Notes: generated by a model from the sequence alone, not told the origin. A DNA stretch of 23,899 nucleotides from Bacteroidales bacterium (GCA_028282585.1 JANQHR010000059.1:1-23899), one strand, 5' to 3'. Shown: positions 8,182 to 17,150, counted from the first letter of the stretch. Numbers and translations are program-made.

Positions 8182-8697
8182 ATGAAAAGTTACGATGTAG
8201 TTGTCAATCATAAAGGGTTTGTAGATTTAGATATAATTGATGACATGTTGCATCATTTAAAAATTTATTTGGCCCAAAAAGAATCTGATAAAATTCTAAG
8301 GAAGCGGGTATATGGATTATCCGTAGAGTGTTTGGATAATATTTTGAAACATTCGGATTTGCTAGAAGAAGAACACGAACTTATTATTAATTTCCCTCCT
8401 CGTTTTATAATTGAAAAAATAGCCGAAAATTATTTAATTCATACGGGAAATATCATATTGAATGAGAATAAGCTCGATGTTGTTTTTAGGTTAGAGGAAT
8501 TAAATAATTTGGGTGCTGAGGAAGTTAATGATTTATATAAAAGATCATTAGCAAATGCGGAAATCTCAGCTAAGGGAGGGGCAGGTCTTGGATTAATTGT
8601 AATGGCTAAAACTACCAGAGAAAAAATCAGATACGATTTTGAAAAAATTAATGAGAAGTTTTCTTATTTTGCGATGCAACTTAATTTAAAAAAATAA
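8182..8697 (+). CDS. siaB: SiaB-family protein kinase (GHKL/SpoIIAB-like)
   Basis: 171 aa. VECLDNILKHS (N-box-like), TGN motif, and KGGAGLGLIVMAK (G-box) characteristic of SiaB-family proteins. Directly upstream of a SiaC-like gene. Confidence 0.8.
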   Translation: MKSYDVVVNHKGFVDLDIIDDMLHHLKIYLAQKESDKILRKRVYGLSVECLDNILKHSDLLEEEHELIINFPPRFIIEKIAENYLIHTGNIILNENKLDVVFRLEELNNLGAEEVNDLYKRSLANAEISAKGGAGLGLIVMAKTTREKIRYDFEKINEKFSYFAMQLNLKK

Positions 8698-8704
8698 ATT
8701 TCAC

Positions 8705-9118
8705 ATGAAAGGACTAAACATTCCTGAAACAGAAAAGTCACCTCGAATTTTTTTTGATCCTGTAAATTCTATCTTCGAAATGCAAGGTAATTCGAGGCCA
8801 GAGAATGTTAGAGATTTTTATTTTCCAATTATATATAAAGTAAGAAAGTATTTTGAAAAAATCATAAGCAAAAAACAAGTAGAAAAATTTAATGAAAATT
8901 ATTTTAAGTTTAATTTTAAACTCGACTATTTTAATTCTTCTTCCGCTAAATTTATAGCAGATCTTTTATTGCTAATAAAAGATTTTAATGATGAGGGATT
9001 AAATATGAAAATATATTGGTACTTTATTGATGGAGATGAAGATATGAAAGAGGTTGGTGAAGATTTTTCAGATATGATATCATTTCCTTTCAATTATATT
9101 ATGGTCGAGAAATATTAA
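8705..9118 (+). CDS. siaC: SiaC-family regulatory phosphoprotein (DUF1987)
   Basis: TEKSPRIFFD..MQGNSRPENVRDFYFP..LDYFNSSSAK..IYWYF..DEDMKEVGEDF matches the SiaC/DUF1987 pattern. Confidence 0.85.
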   Translation: MKGLNIPETEKSPRIFFDPVNSIFEMQGNSRPENVRDFYFPIIYKVRKYFEKIISKKQVEKFNENYFKFNFKLDYFNSSSAKFIADLLLLIKDFNDEGLNMKIYWYFIDGDEDMKEVGEDFSDMISFPFNYIMVEKY

Positions 9119-9125
9119 TAAGTAA

Positions 9126-9920
9126 ATGAATTTTGTAAATAAGGTCGTTTGGATAACAGGGGCCTCTTCTGGTATAGGAGAGGCCTTAACTTATGAGTTT
9201 GCCAGGCAAAAGGCAAAGCTTATTATTTCTTCAAATCAACAAAAGGATTTGGAAACGGTTAAAAAGAAATGCGATGAAATTGGAACCGATTGTTATATCC
9301 AATTTTTAGATATGACAGATATTGACAATTTACAAAAGGTAACTGATTTATTAATTGAAAAATACGGGCATATCGATGTGTTGGTAAATAATGCCGGAAT
9401 TAGTCAAAGATCTTTAGTGAAAGATACCCCCTTGGAAGTTGACCGGAAGATTATGGAAATTGATTATTTTGGAACCATTGCTCTCACTAAAACAGTACTT
9501 CCATATATGATTAAAAGAAAAAGTGGACATATAGCCGTGACCAGCAGTATCTCTGGAAAATTTGGATTTCCTTTAAGATCGGCTTATTCAGCGGCAAAAC
9601 ATGCTTTACATGGATTTTTTGAAACATTAAGGGCCGAAGTTTTTGAGTATAATATTAAGGTATTAATTGCTTTTCCGGGACGCATAAAAACTAATATATC
9701 TTTACATGCGCTTACAAAGGAAGGTAAAGCTCATGGAAAGATGGATGATGGACAAAATACAGGTATATCTGCGGAAAAATGTGCTCGGAAATATGTAAAT
9801 GCCATAAAGAAGGATAAGAAAGAAGTATTAATAGGATCAACAGAATTGTTAATGGTTTATATACATAAGTTTTTTCCTAGATTATTTTATAAATTAGCAC
9901 GCAAAATTAAGCCTACTTAA
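9126..9920 (+). CDS. Classical short-chain dehydrogenase/reductase (DHRS7-like)
   Basis: VWITGASSGIG, NNAGISQRS, catalytic S..YSAAK. Confidence 0.93.
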   Translation: MNFVNKVVWITGASSGIGEALTYEFARQKAKLIISSNQQKDLETVKKKCDEIGTDCYIQFLDMTDIDNLQKVTDLLIEKYGHIDVLVNNAGISQRSLVKDTPLEVDRKIMEIDYFGTIALTKTVLPYMIKRKSGHIAVTSSISGKFGFPLRSAYSAAKHALHGFFETLRAEVFEYNIKVLIAFPGRIKTNISLHALTKEGKAHGKMDDGQNTGISAEKCARKYVNAIKKDKKEVLIGSTELLMVYIHKFFPRLFYKLARKIKPT

Positions 9921-9931
9921 AATATATTAAG

Positions 9932-10993
9932 ATGATTAAATTAATTAGTGGAATCCAGCAAATAGGAATTGGAGTTCCAAATGTTTATGATGCATGGAAA
10001 TGGTACAAAGAAAACTTTGGAATGGATATTCGTATTTTCGAGGATGATACGGTTGCAGAATTGATGTTGCCATATACTGGAGGAAAACCACATCAAAGAC
10101 ATGCAGCATTAGCTATGAATATTTCTGGTGGTGGGGGCTTTGAGATTTGGCAATATACAAGCCGTACCCCGGAGGGACCTGATTTTGAGGTGCAATTAGG
10201 CGATCTTGGAATTAATATTGCAAAAATAAAAAGTCCAAATGCTAAGAAAGCTTTCAATGCATTTAAGAAAAAAGGACTTGAAATACTCGGAGGTCTGGTT
10301 GATAATCATTTCTTTGTTAAAGATCCATATGGAAATGTCTTTCAAGTAGTTGAAGAAGACAACTGGTTTAAAAAAACTTCGAAATTAACCGGTGCCATAG
10401 CTGGAGCTATTATTGGTGTAACCAACATTGAGAATGCGCAAAAAGTTTATGGTGATATTCTAGGCTATGATGAACTTGTATATGATAAAGAAGGTATATT
10501 TGATGACTTTAAAGTTCTACCCGGAGGTGATAAAAAGTTTAGAAGAGTATTACTAAGGTCAAATAAACCAAGAAAAGGAGCCTTTAGTAAATTACTAGGA
10601 GAAAGTTCTATTGAGTTAGTTCAGGTTTTTGATCGCGAACCAAAAAAGATTTTTAAGGATCGTTTCTGGGGAGACTTAGGATTCATTCACTTATGTTATG
10701 ACATTAGTGGAATGGAAGCGCTGAAAAAAGATTGTGAAGCTAAAGGGTTTCCTTTTACCGTTGACAGCTCCGTTAAGCACAATAGTGATAATAGTTTTGA
10801 TATGGGTGAAGCTGCAGGGCATTTTTCATATATTGAAGATCCGGATGGAACACTAATTGAGTTTGTTGAAACTCATAAGGTTCCAATTATGAAAAAATTT
10901 GGCTGGTATTTGAATATGAAAAAAAGAAATCCTCAAAAATCATTACCAAATTGGATGCTTAGCGCGCTTGCTATGAACAAAGTTAAATTTTAA
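9932..10993 (+). CDS. VOC (glyoxalase/epimerase superfamily) protein, tandem-domain
   Basis: IQQIGIGV..FEIWQ..FFVKDPYGNVFQV, then a second half SIELVQ..GFIHLCY..SYIEDPDGTLIEFVE. Confidence 0.85.
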   Translation: MIKLISGIQQIGIGVPNVYDAWKWYKENFGMDIRIFEDDTVAELMLPYTGGKPHQRHAALAMNISGGGGFEIWQYTSRTPEGPDFEVQLGDLGINIAKIKSPNAKKAFNAFKKKGLEILGGLVDNHFFVKDPYGNVFQVVEEDNWFKKTSKLTGAIAGAIIGVTNIENAQKVYGDILGYDELVYDKEGIFDDFKVLPGGDKKFRRVLLRSNKPRKGAFSKLLGESSIELVQVFDREPKKIFKDRFWGDLGFIHLCYDISGMEALKKDCEAKGFPFTVDSSVKHNSDNSFDMGEAAGHFSYIEDPDGTLIEFVETHKVPIMKKFGWYLNMKKRNPQKSLPNWMLSALAMNKVKF

Positions 10994-11011
10994 CAGTACA
11001 ATAATAAGATG

Positions 11012-11039
11012 AATGCGGGAATTTTTCCTGCATTTTTTT
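11012..11039 (+). terminator. Intrinsic terminator ending the siaBC-SDR-VOC operon
   Basis: AATGCGGGAA-ttt-TTCCTGCATT (one G-U pair) followed by a T run that abuts the stop codon of the convergent gene. Confidence 0.7.
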
Positions 11040-12387
11040 ACCAATTTGTAAAATATTCAAGGTCCGAAAATTCGCAAATTTTGCTTTCTCCAGTTAGCTT
11101 TGAACTATAATATATTTTACCGGATATTTTTGTTGACGTTCCATTTGTTGAGGCCCATTGTTTGCTTTTTGATTTTGGAACATTAACTAAAACTTCAAAG
11201 CTATGATTACCTTTCCCGGAAAAATCAAGGTTAACATTTTCTATAATTACAATTGGATAACTTTTATAATTATAATACCTGTTACAGTTTCTTCTACATA
11301 GTTGAGGTATAAATTCTATTTTATTTATTGTAAATGGCACTGGCGATTTTGAATAAATGGTAAAATGGCATTTGATTGTATGATCTTTTTTAAATGTTTT
11401 TTTCCTGACACTTGAGAAGCTTATATCTGAATTATTTTCAATAGAAACTTTTTTAATACTCACATCAAATGGGGTAATATGATTTAACTCCCATTCTTCA
11501 AATGAATATAAAATCTCCAAATAATTTTCTTTTTCAACCAGGCATTGATCATAGTTATATTGAATACGGGCAAATTCTTTATCTGCTTCTAATAAAGTTA
11601 ACTGGGCACAATTAGATCTAACTTGAGGTTTTTGCATAGTTTTAATAGGTTCATTTCCCAATTGGAGAAAATAATTATAAACCCCAAGTGTATCAACTAT
11701 CGGTACAATTTGAATTGCATCCAGTTTGTTTTTAAGGTTATTAATAGAAATATCTGCTACAGCTTTTCTTTGGTCAACAAAGAAACCTGAAAGATATTGA
11801 AGCTCTTCAATTTCAGAAATGATAGATTCTACTGTTTTATGGTCACTTTCATTAAATTTTAATGTGTCAAGCCTTTCTGTTAATAATTTTTCCTGTTCTT
11901 CCCACTCATTCATTAAAACCTTTATATCGTTTTCAGTAAATGGATATTTAATATAATAGTATATGGTTTCGATCTGATTTTCTCTTTGCTTTTCCCAGTA
12001 ATAATCAGAAGCTTGACTTAATGATATTCCTTGTAAATATGCAGTATTTCCTGTTTTACTGGTTATTTTGGATGTATATTCTTCAAGGAATTCCACGGCT
12101 CTTTTATATCTGGTCTCGTTTACTTTTATGTTTTGCTCAAAGGTTATACTCTGTGCAACAGATGATACAATTTTTTCCTTAACCATTTGCAATGCATTGT
12201 ATTTAGCCTCATTGTAATCATTTCCGGAACCTTCTCCTACCAAATAATCTTTTTCAATGGCATAAATCCATAATGGTTTTTGTGGTGCACTTTTTTCTAT
12301 AACTTTTAAACTATCACAAGACCATTGAAAAATCAATATTGTTATAATAAATAAATGCTTAATATATAAGTGATAACTAGGTTTCAT
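11038..12387 (-). CDS. Hypothetical exported lipoprotein with LPP20-like N-terminal domain (449 aa from the ATG at 12387; the ORF track extends it to a TTG at 12438)
   Basis: MKPSYHLYIKHLFIITILIFQWSC resembles signal peptide II. KPLWI..YLVGEGSG..EAKYNAL..IVSSV resembles LPP20-type domains. The remainder is unrecognised. Confidence 0.65.
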   Translation of the reverse strand: MKPSYHLYIKHLFIITILIFQWSCDSLKVIEKSAPQKPLWIYAIEKDYLVGEGSGNDYNEAKYNALQMVKEKIVSSVAQSITFEQNIKVNETRYKRAVEFLEEYTSKITSKTGNTAYLQGISLSQASDYYWEKQRENQIETIYYYIKYPFTENDIKVLMNEWEEQEKLLTERLDTLKFNESDHKTVESIISEIEELQYLSGFFVDQRKAVADISINNLKNKLDAIQIVPIVDTLGVYNYFLQLGNEPIKTMQKPQVRSNCAQLTLLEADKEFARIQYNYDQCLVEKENYLEILYSFEEWELNHITPFDVSIKKVSIENNSDISFSSVRKKTFKKDHTIKCHFTIYSKSPVPFTINKIEFIPQLCRRNCNRYYNYKSYPIVIIENVNLDFSGKGNHSFEVLVNVPKSKSKQWASTNGTSTKISGKIYYSSKLTGESKICEFSDLEYFTNW

Positions 12388-12654
12388 TTTAGTTTTTAGA
12401 TTGTTAGTTGAAGAACATTGGAACAAAAATAAAGCCAAAACTAAAAAAGTAATGATTGTATCATTTAAAAATAAATGCTAATATCATAAATATTACAAAA
12501 AGAGTTAATTCTACTACTACTCTGGGATGAAAAAGTTTGATCTTTAGTTTATTTAAATTAATTAAGGAATAGGTTAAAAAACTAAATGCTAACAAGCTAC
12601 AAATCAATAAAGAATAAAATATCATAATAAATTATCTTATTTATTTTAAGTATT

Positions 12655-12732
12655 TTCCTTTCATCAGTTTAATGATTCCTTTCATCCGGATTTGTCTTTT
12701 CTAGATTTAATTAAAGATTAATTCTAATTTTG
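12655..12732 (+). promoter_or_regulatory. Direct-repeat operator (TTCCTTTCATC x2, 21-bp period) plus a Bacteroidota -7 element
   Basis: Exact 11-mers at 12655-12665 and 12676-12686. TAATTTTG at 12725-12732 fits TAnnTTTG. Confidence 0.5.
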
Positions 12733-12826
12733 AAATCAGAAAGTTAATAAATAAACCAGGTTGATTTTAAAGATGGGATATTTAAAAGATATAATTTGAA
12801 AATAAACATAAGATTATGTTTTAATT

Positions 12827-14308
12827 TTAGGTCTCCGACAGGGGAAGGCTAAATGTAAAAGTACTTCCTTTATCAGGCTCACTTATTACCCATAATTTAC
12901 CACCATTTTTTTCGACAAACTCTTTACAAAGTATTAATCCTAGACCTGTTCCCTTTTCTCGTTCAGTTCCAATGGTACTGAAGCTTTCGTCTATTTTAAA
13001 AATCTTATTGATATTTGCAATGCTTATTCCAATTCCTGTATCTGTAATACTTATTTCACAATGTGAATTGCATTTACTTTGAATATTAATATGGCCACCC
13101 TGGTTTGTATATTTAATTGCATTTGAGATTAAATTTCTTACTATGGTTCTAACCATATTTTTATCTGCGAATGCGAACGTTTCACTTTCAACTTCAGAAT
13201 AAATTTTGATATTCTTATTTCTTGCAGTAGATTCTAATAAATTTATATTCTCAATAATAATTTTTTTCAATGAAATTTTTTCAGGTTTAAATCTAAGTGT
13301 CCCTGTTTGCGACCTCGACCAATCAAGTAAATTCTCAAGAAGATTATAAGCGAGTTTAGAGCTTTGATGGATTATGTGCGCAAATTGTTCAATTTTTGTC
13401 TTATCATATTTATCAATATTTAAAGCTAAAAGTTGCGTAAAACCCATTAAATCATTAAATGGATTCTTTAAATCGTGTGCAATTATAGAGAAAAATTTAT
13501 CTTTAGTGGCATTTAACTCTCTTAATCTTTGTTCTGATGTAATTAAGGTGTTCTCGGCTTTTCTTTGTAAAGTAATGTCACTAAAAACACAATGAGATCT
13601 TATAAATTCATTTTCTTCCGAATACTCTATTTTACCATGAAAACTTATAAATATATTTGATTTATCTTTTTTTATCAGATCAAATTGTACATTGCTAGCA
13701 ACACCTTTTTCTTTAAATATTTTAAAAGCCTTAAGGAATTTCTGTTGGTTCTCTTTAGAAAGAATGGTTGTGAAATTCATTCCAATAATTTCCTGCCTTG
13801 AATAACCCATTATAGTTTCCCATCTGGGATTTACATCTAAAATGTTTCCACATTTATCAAGAGACAGATAGGGTAATGGAAAATTTTGAAATATATGTCT
13901 AAAATGTTTTTCCTGAAAAGTAAGCTCTCTATGTATTTTTTCTTTTTCAGTAATATCTATTGCAATGCATCTTAAGCCAATGATTTTACCGTCTTTCTTG
14001 ATGTGACTGTTATAAACTTCAATTGTAACTTCCTCTCTGTTTTTTTTATAAACTCTATATTTATTACCAGAGGAATGAGTACCATTAAAATTTCCTTTAA
14101 TGCTTTTTTTAACTTTTTCAATATCATCAGGAACAACAAAATCTTCAAGGTTTATTTGGCGGTTTAGGATTTCTTCTTTTGTATAGCCCAGTATCTTTTC
14201 ACATGCCTCATTTAGAATTTTTACATTTAAATCACTATCAACCTCGAACACAATCTCAGGTAATAAATTTAAAAACTCCGATTCAATGAAATTCTGATTT
14301 TCCTCCAT
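12827..14308 (-). CDS. Soluble PAS-PAS sensor histidine kinase
   Basis: Two PAS/PAC repeats (NEACEKILGYTKEEI..DITE; NPRWETIMGYSRQEIIG..DITLQ), HisKA FSIIAHDLKNPF, HATPase NLISNAIKY, DTGIG, GTGLGL, GSTFTF. No TM segment. Confidence 0.95.
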   Translation of the reverse strand: MEENQNFIESEFLNLLPEIVFEVDSDLNVKILNEACEKILGYTKEEILNRQINLEDFVVPDDIEKVKKSIKGNFNGTHSSGNKYRVYKKNREEVTIEVYNSHIKKDGKIIGLRCIAIDITEKEKIHRELTFQEKHFRHIFQNFPLPYLSLDKCGNILDVNPRWETIMGYSRQEIIGMNFTTILSKENQQKFLKAFKIFKEKGVASNVQFDLIKKDKSNIFISFHGKIEYSEENEFIRSHCVFSDITLQRKAENTLITSEQRLRELNATKDKFFSIIAHDLKNPFNDLMGFTQLLALNIDKYDKTKIEQFAHIIHQSSKLAYNLLENLLDWSRSQTGTLRFKPEKISLKKIIIENINLLESTARNKNIKIYSEVESETFAFADKNMVRTIVRNLISNAIKYTNQGGHINIQSKCNSHCEISITDTGIGISIANINKIFKIDESFSTIGTEREKGTGLGLILCKEFVEKNGGKLWVISEPDKGSTFTFSLPLSET

Positions 14309-14468
14309 ACTAGCAAATTATACTATTTCAACGTTAAAATAGTATTGAGGGTTTACTTATAAACGATAAGTTTTTGTTAATTTTTTGCCTAATACCAAAT
14401 CTAAAATTATAAAAAAGAATGAATTAAAAAGAAATTTTGTTTGTTATTTTTTTGAATGAATCAATTTT

Positions 14469-15797
14469 TTAGTTAAACCGATATACAATTTTATAGGCAA
14501 ACTTGGTTTTATTAGTTATTTTAAATCGTTCGTCAATTCGATGACCCACAATCCATATGATTTTATTTTTACACTCAATAATCCAGGTATTTTCTTTATC
14601 AACAATGGATAATTTTTTATCAATAAAAAAGTCACTAAGTTTTTTCAAGTTACTCATACCTAATGGCATAAAATAGTCACCGACTTTCCATTTTCGTAAT
14701 ATCAAAGGGAATTCTAATTTTTCCATGTCAAAATGGCCAATATTGTTTGATTTGCATATCTCAAAATTATCATCGACTTTAATTTGTTCAAATTTGAGTT
14801 TGACAGGAATATCAATAAATTCCTGTTTTGATTCAATAAAGTAATTCAAATTATATGTCCCTGATATTTCTTCAAGAATTAACTCTTCACGGTCTTTTAT
14901 TAATCTATGGGTTAAACTGTAAAACTGTTTTCCGGAAATTCCATCTAAAGATTCGATTATATCACCAATTTGCGAATTAGTAAATCCAAATGGATGCAGC
15001 AATTCAAATGTGTACGAATATAAAGGATTTAGTTTCTTAAGTTCGTTTATTTTTATATAAATTCTTTCATTCTTTTCAAGTAAGATGGATTGCTTAACAT
15101 TATTTATAGAATTCAGATATACCTGTTCCGTTTCCCTTAGCTTATTAATGTTTTCAATCATTGTTTCCCTAAATCTAGGATTTACTTTTTCAAAAAGCGG
15201 TATTATTTCTTGTCTAATCAAGTTACGGCTATATTTAGTTGATCGATTTGATGAATCTTCTCGGTATTCATAATTATTTTTATGAATAAATTCTACAATG
15301 TCTTTTCGAGAAGCGAAAAGTAATGGTCTTATAATATTATTAATTTTGGCCTTGATACCAGTTAATCCTTTAATTCCTGAACCTCGAGCGAGATTTATTA
15401 AAAAGGTTTCGATAGTGTCATCGCTATTGTGAGCAATTGCAATATATTTATAATTAAATTTTTGCCTAGCCTGCTCAAACCATTCGTATCGTAAGTCTCT
15501 GGCTGCCATTTGGATAGAAACGCCTTCTTCTTTGGCAATTTTCTTGGTGTTAAATTGTTTATGAAAAAATGGAATGTCATATTCATTAGCCAGATCTCTA
15601 ACAAAAAGTTCGTCTTGATTTGACTCATGATCTCTTAGTTGAAAATTACAGTGAGCAATACCTATTGAAAAATTGAGCAGCCTAAATAAATGAAACAAAC
15701 AAATAGAATCAATCCCACCACTTAATCCTAATAAAATTCTATCTGAAGGATTACATAAATTATTCGATTCAATAAATTGTAGAAAATCTTTTTCCAT
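14469..15797 (-). CDS. tilS: tRNA(Ile)-lysidine synthetase
   Basis: PP-loop LSGGIDS, AHCNFQLR, AARDLRY, AHNSDDTIET, IIRPLL, EDSSN..YSRNLIR, and C-terminal RKWKVGD..KKLSDFFID. Confidence 0.97.
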   Translation of the reverse strand: MEKDFLQFIESNNLCNPSDRILLGLSGGIDSICLFHLFRLLNFSIGIAHCNFQLRDHESNQDELFVRDLANEYDIPFFHKQFNTKKIAKEEGVSIQMAARDLRYEWFEQARQKFNYKYIAIAHNSDDTIETFLINLARGSGIKGLTGIKAKINNIIRPLLFASRKDIVEFIHKNNYEYREDSSNRSTKYSRNLIRQEIIPLFEKVNPRFRETMIENINKLRETEQVYLNSINNVKQSILLEKNERIYIKINELKKLNPLYSYTFELLHPFGFTNSQIGDIIESLDGISGKQFYSLTHRLIKDREELILEEISGTYNLNYFIESKQEFIDIPVKLKFEQIKVDDNFEICKSNNIGHFDMEKLEFPLILRKWKVGDYFMPLGMSNLKKLSDFFIDKKLSIVDKENTWIIECKNKIIWIVGHRIDERFKITNKTKFAYKIVYRFN

Positions 15798-17090
15798 TTA
15801 ATTTAGGGCCTTAAGCATAGCTTCAGCTTTAACCATACATTCATCATACTCGTTTTCAGGGTCGGATAAACTTGTTATAGCACTGCCAACTGTAAAAGAC
15901 ACATAATTTGTTAATTGATTATATAAAATACTGCGGATTACTACGTTAAAATCAAAATCATTATCTGGTGTAATAAAACCAACGGAACCCGAGTATAAGC
16001 CTCGTTTTGTTTTTTCATAATCTTCAATTAGTTGCATAGCCCTAACTTTAGGTGCTCCAGTCATTGAACCCATAGGGAATGCATTTTCAATTATTTTGAT
16101 AATGTTTGTGTCCTCATTTACCTCGGATACTATTGTGGAGATCATTTGATGTACCTGTTTAAAACTATATATTCCAAAAAGTTCTTCGACTTTAACAGAT
16201 CCTTTTATTGCCGTACGCGATAAATCATTCCTGACTAAGTCTACAATCATAACATTTTCCGCACGTTCTTTTGGATCATTAAGGAGTTGTTCTTTTAATT
16301 TTAGATCCTCTGATTCATTTTTGCCTCTTTTAATTGTACCTTTTATCGGTTGAGAAATTACTTTATTTTTTACCTTTTTTAAGAATCTTTCAGGACTCGC
16401 TGATATTAAATATTTACCATCAAGTTTATATAAACATGAAAAAGGAGTAGGAGAAATCTGATTAAGTCTTAAATAAGTTTCAATAGGATCGATTTCCTTA
16501 ATGCAATAAAATTCCTGACAAAAATTGGCTTCGTAAATATCTCCTTTTTGTATATGATCTTTGATTTTATTGACTGTATCAACGTAATCAGAGGTTGAGA
16601 ATTGTTTTTTAAGCTTATTTTCCGAAAATTTACTTGTTTTATTTTTTGAATCTGGCTTTTCGGAAGAAAGTAATGTTTTAATTAATTCATCCTTACAGTA
16701 TTTAATATCATTGTAAATAATTGAAACTTCCGACTTTTTTGCTAATACTAGAATTTCAGGACAAAAGAAATTTAGATCGGGAAAATTTATTTCATCCTTA
16801 TTATTGGATTTAAGGTTTTCTATTTTATTTTTTAGATCGTAGGTTAAATATCCAAAAAGCCAATTATTTAAATTTGAACTTCTTTCTTTTAACTCTTTCA
16901 AGGTTTTTATCTCATAGTTTGAATCAATAGCAGCTAAAAATTCATAATCGTAATAAGTGTGAGGCGTATCGTATTTATTGAATTGGTTACTGTTTAAAAA
17001 GGCAAAATTCTTGAACTTATTTCCGAAGTAAAGTATCTTCGATTTAAATAACTCCAGATCTATATCATTAAGTTTAACTTCCTTTTGCAT
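15798..17090 (-). CDS. pabB: Aminodeoxychorismate synthase component I (chorismate-binding MST family)
   Basis: GDIYEAN, SASPERF, PIKGT (PabB-type Lys motif), KERAENVMIVDLVRNDL, FPMGSMTGAPK, RGLYSG. Confidence 0.88.
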   Translation of the reverse strand: MQKEVKLNDIDLELFKSKILYFGNKFKNFAFLNSNQFNKYDTPHTYYDYEFLAAIDSNYEIKTLKELKERSSNLNNWLFGYLTYDLKNKIENLKSNNKDEINFPDLNFFCPEILVLAKKSEVSIIYNDIKYCKDELIKTLLSSEKPDSKNKTSKFSENKLKKQFSTSDYVDTVNKIKDHIQKGDIYEANFCQEFYCIKEIDPIETYLRLNQISPTPFSCLYKLDGKYLISASPERFLKKVKNKVISQPIKGTIKRGKNESEDLKLKEQLLNDPKERAENVMIVDLVRNDLSRTAIKGSVKVEELFGIYSFKQVHQMISTIVSEVNEDTNIIKIIENAFPMGSMTGAPKVRAMQLIEDYEKTKRGLYSGSVGFITPDNDFDFNVVIRSILYNQLTNYVSFTVGSAITSLSDPENEYDECMVKAEAMLKALN

Positions 17091-17094
17091 AATG

Positions 17095-17102
17095 CAAAAA
17101 TA
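17095..17102 (-). promoter_or_regulatory. Bacteroidota -7 promoter element 4 nt before the pabB ATG
   Basis: The minus strand reads TATTTTTG-CATT-ATG, an exact fit to TAnnTTTG. Confidence 0.5.
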
Positions 17103-17134
17103 AGAAAAGCATTTCGATCTGAAATGCTTTTCTT
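17102..17134 (-). terminator. Intrinsic terminator after ahpC
   Basis: Perfect 14-bp stem AAGAAAAGCATTTC-gatct-GAAATGCTTTTCTT, followed by ATTTTT on the minus strand. Confidence 0.82.
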
Positions 17135-17150
17135 TTAGAGAATATATTTA

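Noticed and set aside
12388-12438. TTG start for the 466-aa version of the lipoprotein
   Set aside because: It gives no charged n-region and too short an h-region. The ATG at 12387 has an A-rich leader and a better signal peptide.
12804-12821. Hairpin AAACATAA-ga-TTATGTTT after the kinase stop
   Set aside because: Too weak (almost all A-T pairs, tiny loop) to call a terminator.
13374-15628. ORFs 13374-13595, 15085-15273 and 15398-15628
   Set aside because: Nested in the kinase or tilS genes with no independent support.
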